IMG/VR virus record: IMGVR_UViG_3300027733_000030
Span: 132,541 to 196,540 of that record
Strand: one strand, 5' to 3'
Source: a virus
DNA length: 64,000 bases
Under the pieces are notes generated by a model. That model was not told where the DNA came from. It did no database searches and was given only the letters and a program-made list of their open reading frames with translations. Within the stretch, counting starts at the first letter, position 1. Every line of letters starts with the position of its first letter. Both the position numbers and the translations under genes were made by a program. Shown here in pieces: positions 56,080-64,000 of this stretch.

Positions 56080-56843
56080 TGGAACAGTTTGATGAGAGAG
56101 AGCTTCAGAAGTTAATTGATGAAGCTCTCTCTCAAAATACTGACAAGCAACATCCATTTGGTGGATCAGGGTCTTATTTAGGTTTAGCTGAAACAGATCT
56201 TTTATCTTCGCTTCATGAAAGATTTTCTAAAAGACTTATTGAATCTGAAGTAAATGATATATTTCGCGATTCTCGAACTGATATATTATCAAGAAAAATA
56301 TCAACTAACTTAAAAGATCTTCATACAGTAACAAAAAACTGTCGTAAATGTACAGTTGATTCTAACTCTGAACTTCCAAAGTGGAACGTTGAAAACCCAG
56401 ACATAGTCATTGTTATAGAATCTCCATCTATACCTCCTGAAGCAATTACCTTGATGGTAAATGCTTTTAAAAAAGCTGGATTGAATTCCCAACAACTGTG
56501 TTTAACATATGTTAATAGATGTCCAGTACGTAGAAAATATGAAAACGAAGAGATCATAAATTGTTCTCCTTATTTACATCTTGAACTACAACTATTAAAT
56601 CCTAAACTTATTCTTTGTTTAGGAGGACTTCCAGCTTCAGTTATATTTGGCACTAACATTAAAATGAAAGATGTTCGTGGCTCTGTGACATGGCTGGGAT
56701 ACTGGCCAATTCTAACGACATATTCTCCAATGTACGTATTGAAGTCATCTTCATTTGATCAGAATTCTATAGCTGAACATTTTGAAAATGATATACTAAA
56801 CGCTTATAATTTCTTACACAATAAGAAAAGAACTGAAGAGTAA
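56076..56843 (+). CDS. Uracil-DNA glycosylase family 4-like protein (Fe-S cysteines), divergent catalytic motifs
   Basis: CRKC, IVIESP, YVNRCP, CSPYL..EL.LLNPKLILCLG. Confidence 0.75.
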   Translation: MMEQFDERELQKLIDEALSQNTDKQHPFGGSGSYLGLAETDLLSSLHERFSKRLIESEVNDIFRDSRTDILSRKISTNLKDLHTVTKNCRKCTVDSNSELPKWNVENPDIVIVIESPSIPPEAITLMVNAFKKAGLNSQQLCLTYVNRCPVRRKYENEEIINCSPYLHLELQLLNPKLILCLGGLPASVIFGTNIKMKDVRGSVTWLGYWPILTTYSPMYVLKSSSFDQNSIAEHFENDILNAYNFLHNKKRTEE

Positions 56844-56848
56844 ATAAA

Positions 56849-57232
56849 ATGACACCAGATGTTTGGACATCGTCACTTATTAAAGAGTTATCTGATGATG
56901 ATATTAAAAATTTTCAAGATATGGTTCTTAGAGATGTTAAGAATAAATTTTCCTCTGATGAGGAAAGAACAATTATTAACAATAACTTGGATTTGTGGTT
57001 ATATTCTCTAAGAGTTATTCGTAAAGATATTGAGCTTCAATTATCTAATCATAAAAGTAATCTTAAAGTAAATCTTAAAGATTTAAAAGATAACGGTGCT
57101 TCTAAAGAAGAGATGGACAATCTTAATTTTGATGAACAGCGTTGGCGCAGCAGTGCTATGAAATTCTTAACAGCTGTTGAACGCAAAACTCTTTATGTTA
57201 AACTTCTCATCGAAGAACAAGACTGCGACTAA
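56849..57232 (+). CDS. Coiled-coil hypothetical protein
   Basis: 127-aa ORF. Confidence 0.65.
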   Translation: MTPDVWTSSLIKELSDDDIKNFQDMVLRDVKNKFSSDEERTIINNNLDLWLYSLRVIRKDIELQLSNHKSNLKVNLKDLKDNGASKEEMDNLNFDEQRWRSSAMKFLTAVERKTLYVKLLIEEQDCD

Positions 57233-57234
57233 AC

Positions 57235-57681
57235 ATGGAATCTTCTCTTATTCATTCATTGCATAATCTCCATAGTTTAGATTCTACTTTAGATGAAGAA
57301 GATTCTTTTGTATTTCTTAAAGAATATAATATTCAAAAATCTCTTTATTATAGATATGAATATCCTAATCTCGACAGAGAATTAATGGATACTTATGTTT
57401 CTAATTTTTGTTTCTTTTACGCTAAAATAAAAGATTTAAAAACTGATAAATTATATTCTTCAACTATACCTTTAAACATATTCAGATTTGTTTTATTAGC
57501 TGATGGAAATTTTTCTCCATACTATACTGTGCGAAGAAAACCAGGATATATTGTAGAAGGTTTTCAATGGTCTAATGGACTTGTTTATCAAGTTCGAGAA
57601 GATAAAAAAGAAGAATTTGAAATATATCAAATTGTTCTTATTGTTGATTCTTTAACCAAAACAATGTATAACTACCCATAA
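57235..57681 (+). CDS. Hypothetical protein
   Basis: 148-aa ORF. Confidence 0.55.
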   Translation: MESSLIHSLHNLHSLDSTLDEEDSFVFLKEYNIQKSLYYRYEYPNLDRELMDTYVSNFCFFYAKIKDLKTDKLYSSTIPLNIFRFVLLADGNFSPYYTVRRKPGYIVEGFQWSNGLVYQVREDKKEEFEIYQIVLIVDSLTKTMYNYP

Positions 57682-57690
57682 GGAAATTCT

Positions 57691-57966
57691 ATGACCGTCT
57701 TAACACATAAGCCACTCGATAGTTCAGTCATTAAAATGGTTGGTTGGGATTCAGAAGATAATACTTTAATTGTTCAATTTAAATCTTTAACTGTCTGGGC
57801 ATATTATAACATTTCTAAAGAACTCTATAATTCTTTTATTACTTCAGATTCTATGGGATACTTCTTTAATAAAAATATTCGTAACACTTTTGATTCCCAT
57901 AAAATAATTAGTCCTCAAGAATTTTCGACTATTAAGGAAATATCTTTTGGCGAAGAAAAAGAATAA
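57691..57966 (+). CDS. KTSC-domain protein
   Basis: SSVIKMVGWD...L.VQF...Y.Y..I....Y..F..S.S.G.FFNKNIR. Confidence 0.85.
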   Translation: MTVLTHKPLDSSVIKMVGWDSEDNTLIVQFKSLTVWAYYNISKELYNSFITSDSMGYFFNKNIRNTFDSHKIISPQEFSTIKEISFGEEKE

Positions 57967-58142
57967 AAAAACTAAATCTTACAATTATAATCCCTATTCT
58001 TATGTATCAGTATTCGATATAGACGATGCTTCTTCCCATCAAATACACACTATAGCTGAAGATATTTTTGGAAAATCTTACTATATTAGTTATGAAGATC
58101 TTATATCTATGATATAATATATATCTAACTTTACTTAGGAGT

Positions 58143-58466
58143 GTGTTGATTGTGGAACAAAACGTTAATACTAATGTACCAAAAGTACCAGTAAAAAAAG
58201 ACAAAAAAAATGCACCCTTTTCTAAGAAAAAGATTTATAAAATTATCTGGAGAGACGCTTATTCTGAAGTAGATGAATGGCATGATGCTCAATCTATGGA
58301 TACCGAAGATTATATCTGTGAAACTATTGGTTACTTAATTGAACCAAATCCTAAGAAAAACTACTACACTATTGCCTCGACCTTAACTTGTGATGATTAT
58401 TATTGTTGTTTAATAAACATTCCAAAAGCCATGGTTATATCAAAACAACGAATTATTATTCAATAA
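58143..58466 (+). CDS. Hypothetical phage protein
   Basis: IIWRDA...ETIGYL pattern. Confidence 0.6.
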   Translation: MLIVEQNVNTNVPKVPVKKDKKNAPFSKKKIYKIIWRDAYSEVDEWHDAQSMDTEDYICETIGYLIEPNPKKNYYTIASTLTCDDYYCCLINIPKAMVISKQRIIIQ

Positions 58467-58506
58467 CTACTATATAAATATTCTTAGTCAATCTTAGGGG
58501 AATATA

Positions 58507-58935
58507 ATGAAAGAATCGCTTAATTGCACAGGATGTGGTGCAACATGGAAACGCGATAAAAGTCGAGGTAGAAAGCCTCACTTTTGTCCCAAGTGTGTTA
58601 AATTGCAATTACAAGAAACTGCTGTCAAAGAAGTCAAGCCTCGTAAGATTAAGGTTAAACCAGTAGTTCTCCAAAAGTCTCCCCAAATTAAAGAACCCCA
58701 GATACCTGTACAATCAAATATCAAATCAGACCTTACATTATCTCGTGTTATTAGTTCTTTAAATCCCAAAAGACATGACTCCGCTCAGTTAGCTGAATCC
58801 ACTAGGAATGGTTCTGTATGGCAGTGTCCATCCTGCAAAAGTATTACTGAAGTCTTTGTAGCCATTAACGACATACCTACCCATAGATGTACTCCTAATA
58901 CTGTTACTGCAAAACTTATGGAAAGAATAAAATAA
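58507..58935 (+). CDS. Protein with two Zn-ribbon motifs
   Basis: CTGC...CPKC; CPSC...HRC. Confidence 0.65.
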   Translation: MKESLNCTGCGATWKRDKSRGRKPHFCPKCVKLQLQETAVKEVKPRKIKVKPVVLQKSPQIKEPQIPVQSNIKSDLTLSRVISSLNPKRHDSAQLAESTRNGSVWQCPSCKSITEVFVAINDIPTHRCTPNTVTAKLMERIK

Positions 58936-58936
58936 T

Positions 58937-59230
58937 ATGCAGGGAGCAATTTCTCATTTTCCAGATGTTCATATGATTAAAGATTCTTTAACACATGATC
59001 TATTATTAATTACAAAGTTCTATAGTAAAACTATTGGCTTTGATGATTTAAAGGCTATTAATCCCAAAAAATTTAATCGTTCTTCTCATGTTAAAAGATC
59101 TTTACTCAAACTTCATTTAGATAATCTTATTGATTTAAATGTGGATAATACTTGGAAAATAACATCTAAAGGTATTGCTTTTATTTATGATTTTGTCGCA
59201 GTTAATCCATCCACTAAAAAAGATGAATGA
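58937..59230 (+). CDS. Putative winged-helix protein
   Basis: RSLLKL...LI.......WKITSKG pattern. Confidence 0.5.
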   Translation: MQGAISHFPDVHMIKDSLTHDLLLITKFYSKTIGFDDLKAINPKKFNRSSHVKRSLLKLHLDNLIDLNVDNTWKITSKGIAFIYDFVAVNPSTKKDE

Positions 59231-59394
59231 GGATTCATGCAAGATAAACACACTAAGAAAATTACTTTATTTTTAAAGCGTGTTATAAAATCTATTAAAA
59301 ACTTTCAAGATCTTTTTAAACTTTTAGAAGCTTTAGTCTCTTTAATATTTTTCTATTTTACTAAGAAAAAATTACCTTTAATATAGGAGTTATC

Positions 59395-59892
59395 ATGGGA
59401 ATGGATGTTTATGGTGTCAAGCCTAAAACTTCTAAAGGAGAATACTTTAGAAACAATGTTTGGTGGTGGCATCCTTTATGGACTTATTGTTGTTTCACTT
59501 GTCCAGAGTTAGCTAATAAAGTTGAAAGTGGTCATGATAATTCTGGAGATGGATTAGATGCAGTCGATTCTCGCAGGCTAGGTTTTCTTATTCAAGAATC
59601 AATTTCTAATGGCGCAGCCCAGGAATATGTTGATGAATACAATAAGGATACAGCTACTCTTCCTGACGAACCATGTTTTTGCGTCAAAGAATCTTTAATG
59701 GATGCATTTACTACGTCAGAAAATATTGCATTTCCAAAATCATCAGGTAATAAAAAACCTAATCCTGAATGCCACACCTGCAACGGCTCGGGAATGCAGC
59801 GTAACTGGAATGCTAATTATCATATAGATGTAGAGAACATCCAAAACTTTGCAGAATTTTTGATTGACTGTGGAGGTTTTCAGATATGTTAA
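59395..59892 (+). CDS. Hypothetical phage protein
   Basis: AGGAG RBS; MGMDVYG...YFRNNVWWW; C..C.GSG. Confidence 0.7.
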   Translation: MGMDVYGVKPKTSKGEYFRNNVWWWHPLWTYCCFTCPELANKVESGHDNSGDGLDAVDSRRLGFLIQESISNGAAQEYVDEYNKDTATLPDEPCFCVKESLMDAFTTSENIAFPKSSGNKKPNPECHTCNGSGMQRNWNANYHIDVENIQNFAEFLIDCGGFQIC

Positions 59893-60146
59893 ATAGTCCC
59901 GTATGCCCAAGATGCTTAGGGTATATTCCTAATAATATTACTCCTGGACAATATATAGGTGCTCTTTCTCGTATAGTTGACGAAGAGATTTGTTCAGATT
60001 GCGGAACAGAAGAAGCCGTAGTGGCTCTTATTGCTAGAGACCAATGGCCGATTAGTCGTTATGACCATAAGTACACAGCAGATGCCCGCTTTCGCTGGCT
60101 TGAAAGAATCCATTTGGAGGAAGAAAATGAAAAGAAAGTCTCTTAA
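59886..60146 (+). CDS. Small Zn-finger protein
   Basis: CPRC...ALSR...ICSDC...EA. Confidence 0.6.
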   Translation: MLNSPVCPRCLGYIPNNITPGQYIGALSRIVDEEICSDCGTEEAVVALIARDQWPISRYDHKYTADARFRWLERIHLEEENEKKVS

Positions 60147-60236
60147 AGATATGCCATTAATAGTCTATATATCATTTATTTTTTTGGCTATAGCTACTGT
60201 TAGCAGAAGCATCTATCGTAAAGTTAAAGATTACTG

Positions 60237-60482
60237 ATGGATCACCTTGCTATGAAGCAGGCTATGATTAACGCCCTTCAACAGCAAGTTATAGAACTTG
60301 AAAATAATATTAAGTATTTATCTAATATTAATGATGATACTGTCTTAGTAGGAAATTGTTTAGCAGAATGTTTAAAAATCTTTATTTCTGGAGAACATAC
60401 CACTGATGATTTAGAATATGCTCGCGATGTTTTACAGATTTGGAATGATCATAATGCAGACTGCTGCGAAGATTGCAAATAA
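60237..60482 (+). CDS. Hypothetical protein
   Basis: 81-aa ORF. Confidence 0.55.
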   Translation: MDHLAMKQAMINALQQQVIELENNIKYLSNINDDTVLVGNCLAECLKIFISGEHTTDDLEYARDVLQIWNDHNADCCEDCK

Positions 60483-60729
60483 AGATACGATTAAAGATAT
60501 TGTACACTCTAATCTTTTGCTAGGATTAGATGGCGCGCTTGAAAGAATTACTACTCAAATATGCCAACTCTATAATGTTCCTTCACATATGCTAACTAAT
60601 ATTGAATGTTCAGAAATAGTTAAAGCTTTAGATAATCATCGTCTTTTCTTATTAAGAGATTCTGTAAATACAGTAGCTAGGATACTTCCTATAACTAGAG
60701 TATCCATTTATAAATATATGAGGATTTAA
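60418..60729 (+). CDS. HTH_22 (YheO/DauR C-terminal-type) helix-turn-helix protein
   Basis: EIVKALD...FLLRDSVNTVARIL.ITRVSIYKYM. Confidence 0.65.
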   Translation: MLAMFYRFGMIIMQTAAKIANKDTIKDIVHSNLLLGLDGALERITTQICQLYNVPSHMLTNIECSEIVKALDNHRLFLLRDSVNTVARILPITRVSIYKYMRI

Positions 60730-60730
60730 T

Positions 60731-61009
60731 ATGAGTAATCGTACTAACACCGGTTCCTTTTGGACCCGCACCTTAAATGAAGCTAGAGGCGCTGACGGCT
60801 GGATGACAATACCTAGACGGTATAGCATGCGTACTGCTCGTCAGTTAGCCTCAGATATCCGCTGTGCCCATAAAAGACCAGAATCAGTAGATCTTGCTGG
60901 CGTTCGTCCAGGAGAGATTTGGGAGGCCAAGTGGAGAGCTCCTTATGATCAATCTAAAAGATATGATTGCACAGTCTCCATACGTCTGGTAGAATCTTCT
61001 CCAGTATAA
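60731..61009 (+). CDS. Hypothetical protein
   Basis: GAGG RBS. Confidence 0.6.
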   Translation: MSNRTNTGSFWTRTLNEARGADGWMTIPRRYSMRTARQLASDIRCAHKRPESVDLAGVRPGEIWEAKWRAPYDQSKRYDCTVSIRLVESSPV

Positions 61010-61018
61010 TACCTAGGA

Positions 61019-61261
61019 GTGATTATGTTTCGTGAGCCATTTGAAGAACCTGACCAAGAAGATTCAATTTCTTCCGCAGAAGATGTTGTCTACACTCTTC
61101 TTGATGAACGTGATGCGTTAATTAAAGAACGTGATCTATTTAAAAGAATAGCTCATGATCTTTATATGGCTATGGCTAGAATAGACATGCCCCGACAGTA
61201 TCGCGAAACATGTATTCCTGCTATGAATGCATATCTGGAGGCTTTTAATAAAACACGATGA
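61019..61261 (+). CDS. Hypothetical protein
   Basis: 80-aa ORF. Confidence 0.55.
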   Translation: MIMFREPFEEPDQEDSISSAEDVVYTLLDERDALIKERDLFKRIAHDLYMAMARIDMPRQYRETCIPAMNAYLEAFNKTR

Positions 61262-61527
61262 TTTTATAGAACTTGAATGTAGACATTTTAATAAATGTAA
61301 AACTATTATTCAAATATCTTCCGTTGAATACGACAGACGTAAAGAAAAATTCGGTCAAGATTATAAACCATGGTGCAGTCCTTGCACTCATGAAGAAGAT
61401 AAAAAATATCGCACATATCATTCAGACTAGGAGTTGCTATGAATTTCTTTACAGGATTCTTTTTTGCTACAACTTTAATTTTATCTAATGTTCTTGTTAT
61501 TAAACATTTTTTAGGCAAGGATAAGTA

Positions 61528-61746
61528 ATGGATGAGTCTTATTCTATTATTCAAGATTTGCAAGTTTCAGTTTCCCGCGCTCAAGAAGATATAAAATATT
61601 GGGAAAGAGAAGCTCATCGTTGGAGAATAGTAGCTGAAGAATATTTTAGAATGTGGTATAACGACATTAGCGGCACTATGGTTGCCGATGAACAAGTCGA
61701 TCATGAAATGTCTATGTTCTACAAAGAAACTTTTGAGAATAACTAA
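61528..61746 (+). CDS. Hypothetical coiled-coil protein
   Basis: AAGGA RBS. Confidence 0.55.
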   Translation: MDESYSIIQDLQVSVSRAQEDIKYWEREAHRWRIVAEEYFRMWYNDISGTMVADEQVDHEMSMFYKETFENN

Positions 61747-61947
61747 ATGGCTTACGGCAAATATCCTACCAAATATGAAAAACCAAAATCTGTTACTGCC
61801 GAATATTTAATTTTAAAATGGCAGACTATTGGTGTACTTGGATCCCGTTTAGCTATGGCCATTGAATGTAATGCCCCACAAGAAGAAATTAACAAACTAG
61901 CTAAGCAATACAATCAACTGTATGCTGAAGCTATAAATAAAACTTAG
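61747..61947 (+). CDS. Hypothetical protein
   Basis: Abuts the previous gene. Confidence 0.55.
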   Translation: MAYGKYPTKYEKPKSVTAEYLILKWQTIGVLGSRLAMAIECNAPQEEINKLAKQYNQLYAEAINKT

Positions 61948-62193
61948 GAGTGTACCATGAAAACATGGAGAGACATTGGTGCCGAAAACGCCAAGATTTC
62001 AAATGAAGAATTACGCCTTCAAGGCGAAGCTATAAAACTATCTTCTCAAACTGCTAGTCTTGCTAAGATATGTGCAGATGTTTCAGATATTAAAGTTCTT
62101 TTACGAGAATTAATTGCCCATCTTAAAAAAATATAATTATTTTAATGTACAAGCAAATATAAAGAAAAATCCATCTACATAGGAGATATTACC

Positions 62194-62535
62194 ATGACCA
62201 TTCAACTCAGTGTTGAAAGCTTGATTCATTCAAATCCAAGGAAGTATGCTCTTGCAGAGCCAACAAAGCTTCTTACTAAGATTAAGGGTGAACCCCCCAT
62301 GAATAGTGGCAAGGGTCGCCGTCGCAATCCTGTCATTACCGCTATTTACAATGAGCTTATTACCAATCGTAATGAGTGGTTTCACGTCAATATTCCCATA
62401 ACATCTAAGCAACAGCTCGCTTCACTTCGCGCCTCTTTAAGCAGTCGTGCACTAAAAGATAATTTGACTCTTTCAACAACTTCTCTTTTTAATGAGCCAA
62501 CAAAGATGTTTGACCTTTGGGTCATTCTTAACTGA
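62194..62535 (+). CDS. Basic hypothetical protein (possible DNA-binding)
   Basis: AGGAG RBS; GKGRRRNP; high-expression codon bias. Confidence 0.65.
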   Translation: MTIQLSVESLIHSNPRKYALAEPTKLLTKIKGEPPMNSGKGRRRNPVITAIYNELITNRNEWFHVNIPITSKQQLASLRASLSSRALKDNLTLSTTSLFNEPTKMFDLWVILN

Positions 62536-62980
62536 TTAATGTTAAGGGGATATATAATATTTTAAAATAATATTGTATATCCCCTTACTTTATCTTATTT
62601 ATGTGTTATAATATATTCTATGCATTCAGAATTTTTTAGAGGACTATTTACAGGAATGGAAATAATGGTGGCCAGCTGGGTCGTCATTAAAGTCATATCT
62701 AAATTTTTCCCTAATGACCCGGAGGATAAATTATGACTGATGTTCTTTTTGGCTTATTTCTGGCAGGGATGATAATCTTTATTCCTTGGATCTTTTTTGG
62801 TAAAGATTGAACTATTATGACTAGTCTATTTTTTATCATTCCATTATCTACTGTTTTTTTTATTTTAACTATTGGAACTCCAGCTTTAATTATCTGGTAT
62901 TTTTTTGGTAAAGATTAATTTTTTTTATTGTACATACAAAAAGGCTTTTTTTTAATATAGGGCCTTAGATTGGGGCCCTA

Positions 62981-63334
62981 ATGGGAATGTTTGATTCAGT
63001 ATATGTTGAATATGATCTTCCAGAGATTTTATTGGAAGACCAGGAAGTCTTGTTTTTCCCGGGACATGAGTTCCAGACCAAAGACATGCACTGCATGCTG
63101 GACAGCTATTTGATATCTAGCGTAGGTAAGCTATTGTATCGAGAGGGCACCTGGTCTGGCAAGCGTGACCTTGAATTGTCCGCATATAAGGATACTGAAT
63201 TTCATGGAATCTTACACTTCTATTCTTCAGCTGTCTTAGCTAGTGGAAATAGATACTTTATTAATTATCTTGCGAAGTTCACAGATGGTATAATAGTGAA
63301 TATCAAATATGAAGTAGAGGATTTAAACAAATGA
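62981..63334 (+). CDS. Hypothetical phage protein
   Basis: MGMFDSV...FQTKD..C.L..Y pattern. Confidence 0.65.
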   Translation: MGMFDSVYVEYDLPEILLEDQEVLFFPGHEFQTKDMHCMLDSYLISSVGKLLYREGTWSGKRDLELSAYKDTEFHGILHFYSSAVLASGNRYFINYLAKFTDGIIVNIKYEVEDLNK

Positions 63335-63558
63335 CATTTAATGAATGGCTCCAGATAGGCATTAATAATAGATGGTGCAGTCCGGCAATTTGCGACACCC
63401 ATGATGGAATGCCGCTTACGGAAGATGAGTCGGAGATGATATGGAGTGGAGAAGACCCCTGTATCCACATTATACGCCTCTATGAGAGTCTCGAACACGC
63501 TGAAGCTATAGAAGAGTCACATTCGCCATCTAACTGGAGAAAACCCTATATAGGGTGA
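63331..63558 (+). CDS. Hypothetical protein
   Basis: ATGA overlap; C...CDTHDG. Confidence 0.6.
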   Translation: MTFNEWLQIGINNRWCSPAICDTHDGMPLTEDESEMIWSGEDPCIHIIRLYESLEHAEAIEESHSPSNWRKPYIG

Positions 63559-63617
63559 ATTTGAAAAAAAATTTTGAGGGCCAAATTGATTTTGGCAAAA
63601 AGTTACAAATCTGGAAA

Positions 63618-63905
63618 CTAAATAAAATGTTTAGCTATTGCTGTGACAGCTAACATGATCCAGGCAACGTTGAAAAGTATAATGGTAGGAAGAGTTTTCT
63701 TAGTAGAAGTCCAAATAAGACTACCACTTGAAATGATGGCAAATATATACAGCCACCACCACTGCTTATCAAAAAGTAAACCAGGAAAAATGATTGCAAT
63801 TTTTGTTGCGAAGCCCCATGCTTCTACGGCATTGACTTTACTCCAATAGCCCTTAGAGCTCATCGTTTTAAGAGCATCTATAATTTTTTTAATAAATAAT
63901 TTCAT
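63618..63905 (-). CDS. Small membrane protein
   Basis: 95 aa, three hydrophobic segments. Confidence 0.65.
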   Translation of the reverse strand: MKLFIKKIIDALKTMSSKGYWSKVNAVEAWGFATKIAIIFPGLLFDKQWWWLYIFAIISSGSLIWTSTKKTLPTIILFNVAWIMLAVTAIAKHFI

Positions 63906-64000
63906 ATTATAATTCCATTCTTTCTTCTATATTCATCTTTTAGCCTAATTATTTCTTGCTTGTGTTGCATTCCCACCGTAAAGAACCAGTGTTCTTGTTT

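Overview
This window looks like a 64 kb segment of a large (probably jumbo-size), AT-rich dsDNA phage. WhiB, DUF732-type lipoproteins, the RecA flavour and a leaderless-type promoter point to an actinobacterial host (inference). Layout: 1-8.7 kb is a minus-strand block of Gly/Ala-rich, probably virion-associated genes, including a 1173-aa protein with a DEDDh exonuclease domain and a single-AAA Clp ATPase. recA lies at 9.4-10.4 kb. From 11.8-19.2 kb a GC-richer, early-type region has small genes separated by a repeated hairpin-T7-GAGGATAG element. From about 19 kb, plus-strand genes are interspersed with seven tRNA genes (one split by a group I intron with an HNH endonuclease) and several highly structured non-coding stretches. 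43-55 kb holds a complete ubiquitin-like conjugation module, followed by MerR-like, SSB, UDG-like, KTSC and small genes. The most striking signals are: (1) two paralogous ~800-850 aa proteins with the motif set of QDE-1/YonO-type single-subunit two-barrel RNA polymerases, but with a DxDD active-site variant and an apparently permuted barrel, together with two or three families of repeated upstream motifs that could be their promoters; (2) a phage-encoded Ubl + E1 + three E2 + JAB + AAA ATPase system; (3) a ~700-nt structured RNA region containing a ~137-nt alanine-acceptor, tmRNA-like element without an evident tag frame. All family assignments come from motif recognition by eye; no database searches were run.
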